64,000 bases of DNA from an uncultured Gemmatimonadales bacterium (lineage in GTDB: Bacteria > Gemmatimonadota > Gemmatimonadetes > Longimicrobiales > Longimicrobiaceae): assembly GCA_963716255.1 (NCBI GenBank), contig OY970303.1:6720001-6784000 (forward strand). The letters run 5' to 3'. The notes beneath the pieces are model-generated. The model was not told the origin of the DNA. It saw only the letters and a list, made by a program, of their open reading frames with translations, and did not search any database. The translations under genes were made by a program, and so were the position numbers. Shown here piece after piece: positions 1 to 10,600 of this stretch (its first letter is position 1; each line of letters opens with the position of its first letter).

Positions 1-3000
1 CGGGGCGGCGTACGCTTCCGCGGAGTCGGCCTCGGGCGCGGGGAGCCTGCGGCGGTCGAGCTTGCCGTTGGGGGAGAGCGGAAGCTCGTCCAGCAGCACG
101 AAGTCCGCGGGGACCATGTACTCCGGAAGGCGCGCAGCCAGGGCGGCGCGCAGCTCCGGGAGCAGCCGCTGCACCCGCTTTTCCCGCAGCGGGTCGCTGG
201 CGTACGTGCTCCAGGGCTGCGGCGCCGCCGCGTCCTCGGCGAGCGCCGCGCGGGCGGCGTCCACGTCCCGCCGCGCCAGCAGCACGTCGTACGACCCCGG
301 CCGCCCGCGCGGCGACCAGCGCACGTCCACGCGGTAGCCCAGCTCCTCGCCCAGCCGCCAGAACGCCTCCGGGTCCACGCCCCCGGCCTCGCCCGCCGCG
401 GCGGCCCGGCGCAGCGTGTCCACGGTGTCCGCCTCGCCGGCGCCCACCAGCGCCTCCACCGCGGCCGTCGCGGCGGCCACGCGCGCGTTGGGCACCTCCG
501 CGAAGGCGAGCACCTCCGGCCGCTCCGCCGCCATCTCCCGGCGCAGGCCGTCCGTCCCCTGCTCCCCGTCCCAGCGGCGCCACGCGGGGGGCGCGGCGTC
601 CGCGGCGCCGTCCACGTGCAGCGTCACGTCGTAGCGGAAGCGGGTCATCTCGTTGAGGTGGGCCCCGCGCTTCAGCCGCACCTCCACGCGCGACACGCGC
701 GGGAACCGGTGCGGCAGCGCGCGGAACAGCTCCGGGTCCAGCAGCAGCTCCTTTTCGCGCGCCATGCGGTTGCGCACGCGCTCCCGGAAGACGTCCGCGG
801 ACAGCTCCCCGGGGGCCTGTGCCAGCTCCACCGAGGCGTGGAAGGCTTCCAGCAGCGGCAGGCTGCGCACGTCGCCCAGGAACACCCTCCCGCCCGGCGC
901 CAGGGCGCCGGTCGCGCCCTCCAGCACCCGCAGCAGGTAGTCCACCCCCGGGAAGTACTGGACGACCGAGTTGACCACCACCAGGTCGAAGCGGCCCGCG
1001 GGGATCCCGGCGAAGTCGTCGGCGGCCCGCTCCAGCAGCCGCGTCCCGGGGATCGCCCGCCCCGGCCGGGCGAGCTGGCGCCGCAGGTAGCCGATCGCCT
1101 CGGGGGCGAAGTCCGTCGCCCAGTACTCCTCGCAGGCCGGCGCGACGCGGAAGAGGAGGAGCCCGGTGCCGCAGCCGATCTCCAGCACGCGGCGCGGGGC
1201 CGTCGCGGCGACGCGCTCCGCGGCGCGGTCCGCCCACTCGCGCATCTCCGGCGCGGGGATGGGCTCGCCGGTGTAGCTGCTGTTCCACCCCGCCACGTGG
1301 AAGGCGGGGTCGTCGTCGGGGCCGCCGCCGCCGTACGCCTCGGCGAAGAGCGACTCCCACTGGACCACGTGCTCCGCCTGGAGCCCCGCCCCCGGGGCGT
1401 CCCGGGCCGGGTCCGGCGCGTCCTCCGCGGGGACCACGTACGCCACCAGGCGCCGGTCGCCGGGCGCGTCCTCGCGCACCAGCACGGCGGCCCCGCGCAC
1501 CCCCGGCCGCGCCGCCAGCACGGCCTCCACCTCGCCGGGCTCGACGCGGAAGCCGCGGATCTTGGCCTGCTGGTCGATGCGGCCCAGGAACTCCAGCTCG
1601 CCCCCCGCCGTCCAGCGCACCCGGTCGCCCGTGCGGTACAGGCGCGCGCCCGGCTCGCCCGAGAACGGGTCCGGCAGCCACTTCGCGGCCGTCGCCTCCG
1701 GCCGGCCCAGGTAGTCGCGCGCCGCGCCGCCGTCGCCCACGCACAGCTCGCCCGGCACGCCCGCGGGGGTCGGCTGGAGGGCGCCGTCCAGCACGTACAG
1801 CGCCGCGCTGCCCAGCGCGCGGCCGATCCACTGCCGCCGCGCGTCGCCCGCCTCCGCGCGGTGGGCGGCGCAGATGATGGTGCCTTCCGTGGGGCCGTAC
1901 AGGACGTGGACGGCGGCGGCGGGAAAGGCCGCGCGCACCTCGTCCAGCAGGTCGGGCGGCACCGCGTCGCCGCCCACGAACACCTGCCGCAGCCGGGGGA
2001 GCGCGGCCGGCCCCGCGGCCGCCGCCTCCGCCGCGACCTGCCGCATCAGGGCGGGCACCGCGTGCAGCGCCGCCGCGTCCGCCAGGCCGCGCACCAGCTC
2101 GCGGGTCTCCAGCACCTGCTCGCGCGTGAGGACGCGCACCGAGCCGCCGGCCAGCAGGGGGAGCACGGCCTCGAACAGCCAGATGTCGAAGGCGTGGCTC
2201 GCCAGGCAGGGCACCACGTCGCCCGGCGCGAAGCCGAAGGCGTCCAGGCTCGCCGCCAGCGTCCGCGCCAGCGTCCCGTGCTGTACGCGCACGCCCTTCG
2301 GGGTGCCGGTGGAGCCCGAGGTGTAGACGACGTACGCCAGCTGCTCCGGCGCGATCTCCACCTCCGGAGCCGCCGCGCTCTCCCGGGCGATGCGCTCCGC
2401 GTCCGCGTCCAGCAGGAGCATCCGGGCCTCCACCCCGGGGAGCGCGTCCGCCAGGCCGCGCTGGCTCAGCAGCACCGGCGCGCCCGCGTCGCGGAGGAGC
2501 TGCGCCAGGCGCGCCGGCGGATAGGCGGGGTCCAGCGGCAGGTACGCGCCCCCCGCCTTCCAGGTGCCCAGCACCCCCACCAGGAGCGCCGCGCCGCGCT
2601 CCAGGCACAGCCCCACCGGGGTCTCCGCGCGCACACCCAGCGCGCGCAGCGCGTGGGCGACGCGGCTGGAGCGCGCGTCCAGCTCCGCCCAGGTGAGGGC
2701 GCCGTCCGCGCCCTCCACGGCGAGCGCGCCCGGGGCGCGGGCGGCCTGCTCCGCCAGCAGTCGAGGCACCGTCCGCCCGGCGGGACGCGCCCGCGCCCGG
2801 CCCCGCTCCAGCAGGCGCGCGCGCTCGCCCGGCGCCAGCAGGGACAGCTCCGAGACGCGGCGGTCCGGGGCGGCCAGGGCGCCCTCCAGCAGCGCGCGGA
2901 AGTGCTCCAGCATCCCCGCGGCCGTCGCCTCCTCGAACAGGTCCGTGCGGAAGTGCAGCGTCCCCCCGATGCGTCCCTCGTGCTCCCCGAGCGAAAAGCC

Positions 3001-4275
3001 CAGCGCGAACTGCGACACCTCCTCCACCCCCGCCAGCGGCTCCATGCGCAGCCCGCCCAGGCTGAGCGCGCCCAGCTCCATGTTCTGGAGGGCGAACATC
3101 ACCTGGAACACCGGCGTGTGCGCCAGGCTGCGCTCCGGGGCGATCTCCTCCACCAGCCGCTCGAAGGGAAGGTCCTGGTGCTCGAACGCCCCCACCGCCC
3201 CGTCGCGCACCCGGCCCAGCAGCGCGCGGAACGGCGGCTCGCCGGACAGGTCGGTGCGCATGGCGAGGGTGTTGACGAAGAAGCCGATCAGCCCCTCCAG
3301 CTCCACCCGCGTGCGGCCGGCCACGGGCGTGCCCACCACCACGTCGTCCTGCCCGGCGTAGCGTCCCAGCAGGAGCTGCCACGCCGCCAGCAGCACCATG
3401 AACGGCGTCGCCCCCTCGCGCCGGGCCAGCTCCGCCACCGCCGCCGTCGTGGCCGCCGACAGCTCGAAGGGCAGGCTCCGCGCGCTCGCCCCCGCCACCG
3501 GGCGGGGCGGCAGGTCCGTCGGCAGCTCCAGCACGGGCGGCGCGCCGGCCAGGCGCTCCTTCCACCAGGCGAGCTGCGCGTCCAGCGCCTCGCCCGCCAG
3601 CCGCTCCCGCTGCCACAGCGTGTAGTCGCCGTACTGCACCGGCAGCTCCGGCAGCGGCGACGGGGCGCCGCCTGCGAACGCCGCGTACAGCGCCGACAGC
3701 TCCCGCACCAGCACGCCCATGCTCCAGCCGTCGCTCACCACGTGGTGCAGCGTGAACAGCCCCGCGTGGTCCGCCGCGTCCAGGCGCAGCAGCGTGGCTC
3801 GCAGCAGCGGGCCGCGCGCCAGGTCGAACGGGCGCAGCGCCTCCTCCCGCGCCAGCCGCCGCAGCTCCGCCTCGCGCGCCGCGGCAGGCAGCCCCGACAG
3901 GTCCACGGCGGGGAAGGGGACCGGCGCCGCGGGGCGCACCCCCTGCACCGCCTCGCCGCCATCGTCCGCGAACACGGTGCGCAGCGCCTCGTGCCGCCGC
4001 ACGATCTCCGAGAGCGCCCGGCGCAGCACGCGCGCCTCCAGCGTCCCCCGCAGGCGCAGCGGAAAGGGCATGTTGTAGGCGGCCGTCCCCGGGTCGAGCC
4101 GGTCGATGAACCACAGGCGCTGCTGCGCGAAGGAGAGCGGGAGGCGCGCGCCGGCGCTCCTCCTGCGGATCTCCCCCGTGCCCTCCGTCGCCACCGCCTC
4201 CTGCTCCAGCAGCTTCTGAAGCAGTCTGCGGCGCTCCGGCGAGAGCTGCGCCAGCCGGTCCAGTATGCTCGACAT
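1..4275 (-). CDS. NRPS 'gene A' (docking helix-C-A-N-methyltransferase...), truncated at the left window edge; missing from the ORF track
   Basis: ATG at 4275 (minus) after GAAGGA. It reads MSSILDRLAQLSPERRRLL...[11 protein letters not shown], then C-domain HHVVSDGWS (~3725-3750), A3 [11 protein letters not shown] (~2305-2335), FDIWLFE and YGPTE, MT motif VLEIGCGTG (~1161-1190) and NSVVQYFP, and [12 protein letters not shown] near 60. Confidence 0.93.
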   Translation of the reverse strand, partial: MSSILDRLAQLSPERRRLLQKLLEQEAVATEGTGEIRRRSAGARLPLSFAQQRLWFIDRLDPGTAAYNMPFPLRLRGTLEARVLRRALSEIVRRHEALRTVFADDGGEAVQGVRPAAPVPFPAVDLSGLPAAAREAELRRLAREEALRPFDLARGPLLRATLLRLDAADHAGLFTLHHVVSDGWSMGVLVRELSALYAAFAGGAPSPLPELPVQYGDYTLWQRERLAGEALDAQLAWWKERLAGAPPVLELPTDLPPRPVAGASARSLPFELSAATTAAVAELARREGATPFMVLLAAWQLLLGRYAGQDDVVVGTPVAGRTRVELEGLIGFFVNTLAMRTDLSGEPPFRALLGRVRDGAVGAFEHQDLPFERLVEEIAPERSLAHTPVFQVMFALQNMELGALSLGGLRMEPLAGVEEVSQFALGFSLGEHEGRIGGTLHFRTDLFEEATAAGMLEHFRALLEGALAAPDRRVSELSLLAPGERARLLERGRARARPAGRTVPRLLAEQAARAPGALAVEGADGALTWAELDARSSRVAHALRALGVRAETPVGLCLERGAALLVGVLGTWKAGGAYLPLDPAYPPARLAQLLRDAGAPVLLSQRGLADALPGVEARMLLLDADAERIARESAAAPEVEIAPEQLAYVVYTSGSTGTPKGVRVQHGTLARTLAASLDAFGFAPGDVVPCLASHAFDIWLFEAVLPLLAGGSVRVLTREQVLETRELVRGLADAAALHAVPALMRQVAAEAAAAGPAALPRLRQVFVGGDAVPPDLLDEVRAAFPAAAVHVLYGPTEGTIICAAHRAEAGDARRQWIGRALGSAALYVLDGALQPTPAGVPGELCVGDGGAARDYLGRPEATAAKWLPDPFSGEPGARLYRTGDRVRWTAGGELEFLGRIDQQAKIRGFRVEPGEVEAVLAARPGVRGAAVLVREDAPGDRRLVAYVVPAEDAPDPARDAPGAGLQAEHVVQWESLFAEAYGGGGPDDDPAFHVAGWNSSYTGEPIPAPEMREWADRAAERVAATAPRRVLEIGCGTGLLLFRVAPACEEYWATDFAPEAIGYLRRQLARPGRAIPGTRLLERAADDFAGIPAGRFDLVVVNSVVQYFPGVDYLLRVLEGATGALAPGGRVFLGDVRSLPLLEAFHASVELAQAPGELSADVFRERVRNRMAREKELLLDPELFRALPHRFPRVSRVEVRLKRGAHLNEMTRFRYDVTLHVDGAADAAPPAWRRWDGEQGTDGLRREMAAERPEVLAFAEVPNARVAAATAAVEALVGAGEADTVDTLRRAAAAGEAGGVDPEAFWRLGEELGYRVDVRWSPRGRPGSYDVLLARRDVDAARAALAEDAAAPQPWSTYASDPLREKRVQRLLPELRAALAARLPEYMVPADFVLLDELPLSPNGKLDRRRLPAPEADSAEAYAAP

Positions 4276-4328
4276 TCCGTTTCTATTCCTTCAGATCTCT
4301 TGCGTTTACGGCTTTCAACGGCTGGCTC

Positions 4329-4457
4329 GGGCGTGCCCCCGGCTGGCGCCGGGGTCGGGCTTCGGCTCCGTAAGCCCGCAGACAACGCGGGCTAACGGAG
4401 TCGAGCCCCGCGAAACTGCCCGCGGGTCTCGCCCCTTCGGGCCGAAATCCCTCACGC
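4329..4457. repeat. Highly structured intergenic element (MITE/REP-like or structured RNA)
   Basis: Terminal GCGTG (4331-4335)/CACGC (4453-4457). Hairpins at 4337-4354, 4357-4408 (long, near-perfect) and 4407-4426, plus a C(TTCG)G loop at ~4435-4440. Confidence 0.5.
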
Positions 4458-4466
4458 GACGGCAGG

Positions 4467-4610
4467 CCCCCACCCGGCTCGCTTTAGGCTCGCACGGCTT
4501 ACCCCCTGTATCCCCCGTTCCGGGGGAGGGGCATTTCCGCGCTGCGATTCTCGCCATCGCGGTGCCGTTCTCCCCCTCTCCCCTTGTGGGAGAGGGGGCC
4601 GGGGGAGGGG
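4467..4610. repeat. Pair of REP-like GC-rich palindromic units just downstream of gene B
   Basis: Unit 1 is CCCCCACCCGGCTCGCTTTAGGCTCGC...TCCCCCGTTCCGGGGGAGGGG (4467-4531). Unit 2 is CCCCCTCTCCC-CTTGT-GGGAGAGGGGG (11-bp stem, 4572-4598) followed by CCGGGGGAGGGG. Both have counterparts at 6051-6164. Confidence 0.75.
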
Positions 4611-4624
4611 GTCGCAGTCGCCGC

Positions 4625-7600
4625 TCATTTCCCCAGCAGCCGCATCACTTCTTCGTCCGACAGCTCCTCCAGCCGGCCCAGCATGTCCTCCAGCCGGTCC
4701 TCCGCCTCCGGCGCGACCGGGGTCTCCGCGGCCAGGTGCTCCGCGATCCCGGCCACCGTGGGCGCGGCAAAGAACGCGCGCAGCGGCACGTCCACCCCCA
4801 GCGCCCTGTGGATGCGGGCGACCACGCGCGTCGCCAGCAGCGAGTGCCCGCCGATGTCGAAGAAGCCGTCGTGCACGCCCACGCGCTCCAGCCCCAGCAC
4901 GTCGGCCACGATGTCGGCCAGCAGCGCCTCCACCGGGGTGCGCGGGGCCACGTACGCGGCGGGGTCCGGGGCGCCCTCCGGCGCGGGGAGGGCGCGCCGG
5001 TCCACCTTGCCGCCGGGGGTCAGGGGAAGCGCGTCCAGCACCACGAAGGCGGCCGGCACCATGTGCTCCGGCAGGCGCTCGCGGGCGTGGACGCGCAGCC
5101 CGTCCACCGGGACCTCGCCGCCCGACGGCGTCACGTACGCCACCAGCCGCCGCTCGCCGGGCGCGTCCCCGCGCGCCTCCACCACCGCGTCGCGGACGGC
5201 GGGGTGCGCGGTGAGCACGGCCTCCACCTCGCCCGGCTCGATGCGGAAGCCGCGCACCTTGACCTGCAGGTCCACGCGGCCCAGGAACTCCAGCGCCCCG
5301 TCCGCGCGCCAGCGCACCCGGTCGCCGGTGCGGTACAGGCGCGCGCCCGCCGCGCCCGAGAGCGCGTCCGGGACGAACGCCGCGGCCGTCGGCTCCGGCC
5401 GCCCCAGGTAGCCCCGCGCCACCCCCATGCCCCCGATCCACAGCTCCCCGGGCACCCCGGCCGGCACCGGCCGCCCCTCGCCGTCCGCCACGAACACGCG
5501 CACGCCCGGGAGCGGCCGCCCGATGGGCGCGCCCGCCTCCGGCCCCGCCGCCTCCAGCGCGGTCGCGACCACCGTGGTCTCCGTGGGCCCGTACGCGACG
5601 AAGAAGCGGCGGCCCCGCGACCAGCGCGCGACCGTTTCCGGCGGGCACGCCTCGCCGCCGGCGATCACGGTGCGCAGCGTGGGGAGGCCGTCGTCCGGCA
5701 TGGCGCCCAGCAGCGCGGGCGGCAGGGCGGCGGCGGTGACCGCGTGCGAGCGCACCAGCTCCGCCAGCCGCTCGCCCGAGAGCTGGTCCTCGCGCCCGGC
5801 CACGACCAGCGTGGCGCCCGTGGCGAGGGCCATGAACACGTCCAGCACCCCCGGGTCGAAGCTGAGCGAGTACGCCTGGAGCAGCCGCGTCGCTCTCCCG
5901 ATCCCGTGCAGCCGGACGCACGCGTCCACGACCGCGGCGAGCGCCCCGTGCGGCACGGCGACCCCCTTGGGCGTGCCCGTGGAGCCGGACGTGTAGACGA
6001 CGTAGGCGAGCCGGTCGGGATCGACGGGAACCGCGTAGGCGTCTTCTGCGCCCTCCCCCGGCTCGCCCAGGCTCGCCACCCTCCCCCAATTCTGGGGGAG
6101 GGCTTCCTGGCCCTCGGGCGCCGTCGTGTCGTGCTCGCCCTCTCCCCTTGTGGGAGAGGGGGCCTCGTCCACCAGCACCACCTCCCCGCCGAAGCCGCCG
6201 AGCTGCGCCCGCAGCGAGGCCTGGGTGACCAGGACGGCGGCGCCGCTGTCGCGGAGCATGTGCGCCAGCCGCTCCGAGCGGTACGCGGGGTCCAGCGGCA
6301 CGAACGCGCACCCGGCCCGCAGCGCGGCCAGCAGGGCGGCCACCGCGTCCGGGCCGCGCTCCGTGTAGACCGCCACCCGCGCCTCGGGGCCCGCGCCGGC
6401 TAGCCGGATCGCCTCCGCCAGCCGCCCGGCGCGCGCGTCCAGCTCCCCGTACGTGACCGGCTCCGCGCCCCACAGCACCGCGGTCGCGTCCGGGTTCTCC
6501 CGCGCCCGGGCCGCGAACGCCTCGTGCACCGGCACGAAGCCGGCGCCGGCCGGCCGGCCGCTCCACTCCTCCAGCACCCGCCGCCGCTCCGCCCCGGCGA
6601 GCAGCTCCACGTCGCCCAGGCGGCGCTCCGGGCCGGCCGCGAACTCCTCCAGCAGCACCCGCAGGTGACCCAGCATCCGCCCGATCGCCTCCGGGTCGAA
6701 GCGCTCCCGCTGGAACTCCGCCTCCACGCGCAGCCGCCCCTGGAGCGCGGCGACGAGCGTCAGCGGCAGGTCCGCCTGCTCCGTCCCCTCCAGGTCGCGC
6801 ACCGCGAGTCTGCGGTCCCCCCCGGCGAGCACGTCGTCCATGGGCTGGTTCTGGAACACCACGATGCTCTCGAAGAGCGGCCGCGCGGCCGGCACCTCCG
6901 TCCAGGCGCGGACCTGCACCAGCGGGGTGTAGGCGTGCTCCCGCGCCGCGGCGAGCCGCCGCTGGAGCTCCGCCAGCCAGTCCGCGAGGTTCGCGTCCGG
7001 CCGCACCGGCACCCGCACAGGCACCGTGTTGATGAAGAGGCCCACCATCTCCTCCACCCCGGCCAGCTCCCCCGGCCGCCCCGACACCACCGCCCCGAAG
7101 AGCACGTCGTCGCCGCCGCCGTAGCGCGACAGGAGCAGGGCCCACGCGCCCTGCACCAGGGTGGCGGCGGTGAGCTGGTGCCGCCGCGCCATCGCCCCGA
7201 GCGCCGCGGACTCCGCGTCGGCGAGCTCCATCCGCGCGCGGCCGTAGCCGTGCGCGACCTCCGCCGGGGCGGCGGGGCGGGCGATCTCCAGCGGCGTGGG
7301 CGCGGCGAAGCCGGCCAGCGATCCGCGCCAGAAGCGCTCGGCCGCGGCCAGGTCGCGGCCCTGCAGCCAGGCCACGTAGTCGCGGTACGGCGGCGCGGCG
7401 CCCAGCTCCGCGTCCGTCCCCCGGGCGAAGCCGTCGTAGAGCGCCACCACGTCGCGGAAGAGCAGCGGCAGGCTCCACCCGTCGGTGACCAGGTGGTGGT
7501 GCGTCCACGCCACCCGGTGCAGGTCGTCCGCCAGGCGGAAGACGGCGAGGCGCATCAGCGGCGCCCGCGCCGGGTCGAAGCCCCGCGCGCGGTCCTCCGC

Positions 7601-10600
7601 CAGGAAGGCGTCCAGGCGCGCCGCCTGCTCCCCCGCCGGCAGGCCGCGCCAGTCCTCCTCCAGGAACGGCACCTCCGCGCCGCGCCGCACCCGCTGGAGC
7701 GGCCGGTCCAGCCCCTCCCAGGCGAAGTCCGTGCGGAGCGCGGGGTGGCGGTCCACCGCGCCCTGCCAGGCGCGCCGGAACGCCGCCGCGTCCACCTCGC
7801 CCGCCAGGCTGAACACGTACTGGCCCACGTAGCCGCCCTCGCCCGGGGCGTACAGCGAGTGGAAGAGCATCCCCTCCTGCATGGGCGTCAGCGGGTACGC
7901 GTCCTCCACGTCGTCCGCGCCGGCCAGCAGGGCGCCGAGCGCGTCCGGCTCAAGGGCGGCCAGCGCGAACGGCGCGGGGCCGTGGCCGGCTTCCGCGATC
8001 GGGCCGCCGCCGTCCGCGGGGACCAGCGGGGCCAGCTCCGCGATGGTGGGGTTCTCGAAGAAGTGCCGCGGCTTCAGCTCCACCCCGGCGCGGCGGGCGC
8101 GGGACACCGCCTGGATGGACAGGATGCTGTCGCCGCCCAGCGCGAAGAAGTTGTCGTGCACGCCCACGCGGTCCAGCCCCAGCACGTCGCGCCACACCTC
8201 CGCCAGCGCCTCCTCCACCGGGCCGCGCGGGGCCACGTACTCCGCCGCCGCGTCGGCGGGGGCGGGCGCGACGAGGGCCGCGCGGTCCACCTTGCCGGTG
8301 GGGGTGAGCGGGAGCCGGTCCAGCGCCACCAGCGCGGAGGGCACCATGTACTCCGGCAGCGAGCCCCGCAGGTGCCCCCGCAGCTCCTCCGCCGTGACGC
8401 CGCTCTGCGCCGTGTACCACGCCACCAGCCGGGGCTCCCCGGGCCCGTCCCCGCGCACGGCGACCACCGCCTCCGCCACGCCGCCGTGGCGCAGCAGCGC
8501 CGCCTCCACCTCGCCGGGCTCGATGCGGAAGCCGCGCAGCTTCACCTGCGCGTCCGTGCGCCCCAGGAACTCCAGCGTGCCGTCGTCCCGCCAGCGGGCG
8601 CGGTCGCCGGTGCGGTACAGGCGGCCGCCCGCCTCGCCGCACAGGGCGTCGGGGACGAACCGCTCGGCCGTGAGGCCGGGGAGGCCGCCGTAGCCGCGGG
8701 CCAGCCCGGCGCCGCCCAGCAGCAGCTCGCCGGGGACGCCGAGGGGGAGCGGCGCGCCCGCCGCGTCGCACACGTACACGCGGGTGTTGGGGAGCGGCGT
8801 GCCCAGCGGGTGCCGCTCCGGGCGGACCTCGCGCGCGTGGTGCGCCGTGCAGATGACGACGCCCTCCGTGGGGCCGTAGAGCACGTGCACCGCGGCGGCG
8901 GGGAACGCGGCCCGCATCGCCTCCGGCAGGTCGGGCGGCACGGCGTCGCCGCCGGTGAAGGCGGCGCGCAGGCCGGGGAGCGCGCGCCCGGCCTGCGCCA
9001 GCGCGCCCGCGAGCTGGCGCATCAGCGCGGGGACGGCGTGCAGCAGGGTGGCGTCCTCCGCCTCGCGGGCCAGCGCGTCCATGTCGGTCACGTGCTCCGC
9101 GGGGACCACGCGCACCGCCCCGCCCGCGAGCAGCGGCAGCAGCGCCTCCAGCAGCCAGATGTCGAAGGTCCAGCCGGCCAGCGACGGCATCACGTCGCCC
9201 GCGCGGACGCCGAAGCGCTCCGCGGCTCCCAGCAGCGTGTCCAGCAGGGCCCGGTGCTCCACGCGCACGCCCTTGGGCTCGCCCGTGGAGCCGGAGGTGT
9301 AGATGACGTACGCCAGGTTCGCCGGCCCCACGCCGCTTTCCACCGGGTCCGCGCTCTCGCGGTCCACGCCGCTCCCGTCCAGCGGCAGCACCTCCGGCGC
9401 GAGGGGCGCCAGGCGCTCCAGCAGCCGCTCCTGCGCCAGGAGCACGGGCGCGCCCGCGTCCCGCAGCACCCGGGCGATGCGGTCGTCGGGGTGCGCGGGG
9501 TCCAGCGGGACGAAGGCGCCGCCGGCCCTGAGGATGCCCAGGAGCGCCGCCAGCATCTCCGGGCCGCGCTCCACGCACGCGCCCACCGGGGTCTCCGGCC
9601 CCACTCCCATCCGCCGCAGCGCGCGGGCGACCTGGTTGGCGCGGGCGTCCAGCGCCGCGTACGGGACGCGCTCCGCGCCCCACAGCACCGCCGCCGCGTC
9701 CGGGGTCCGCCGCGCCGCGTCCGCGAACCGCTCGTGCACCAGGGGCTCCGCGGGGAAGGGGCGCGCCGTGTCGTTGAACTCCGCCAGCACGCGCCGCCGC
9801 TCGCGCGGGCTCATCACCTCCAGCTGCGAGACGCGCCGCTCCGGGTCGGCCGCGATCCCTTCCAGCAGGGCGAAGTAGTTGGCGAGCAGGCGCTCGGTGG
9901 TGGCGGGGTCGAAGAGGTCCAGGTTGTAGCCCAGGATCCCCACCACCGTCCCCTCCTCGGGGTGCTCGCGCAGCAGCACGTCCAGGTCGAACTTGGCGGT
10001 GCCGCTGTCGGTGAGTCCCTGGTCCGCGTACTCCACGGCGCGCAGCGGCAGCCGCGGCGACGGGTCGGCGAAGTGGGCGATGGGGCGCTCGAACCCGAAC
10101 ATCACCTGGATCAGCGGGTTGCGACTGACGTCGCGCTCCAGGTGAAGCTCCTCCAGCAGCTTTTCCAGCGGCAGCTCGGCGCGGGCGTAGGCGCCCAGCG
10201 TGGCGTCGCGCACCCGGGCGAACAGCCCGGCCAGCGTGGGGTCGCCGTCCAGCCGCGTGCGGATGGGGAGGGTGTTGATGAAGAAGCCGATCAGCGGTTC
10301 AGTTTCCGGGCGCGAGCGGTTGGCGTCCACCGTGCCCACCACCAGGTCGTCCTGCCCCGAGTAGCGGCGCAGCAGCACCTTGTACGCGGCCATGAGCAGG
10401 ATGAAGAGGGTGATCCCCTCGCGCGCGCACAGCGCCTCCAGCCGCTCCTTGAGCCCCGCCGAGATCACCACCCGGTGCTGCGCGCCGCGGTAGCTGCGCA
10501 GCGGCGGGCGCACCCGGTCGGTGGGCACCTCCAGCGCCAGCGGGGCGCCCTCCAGCCGCTCCTTCCAGTAGTCCACCTGCCGGCGCAGCCGCTCGCCCGA

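Noticed and set aside
4572..4610. Rho-independent terminator after gene B
   Set aside because: The hairpin is strong but lacks a clear U-tract, and an identical copy is translated inside gene B. A REP-like element fits better.
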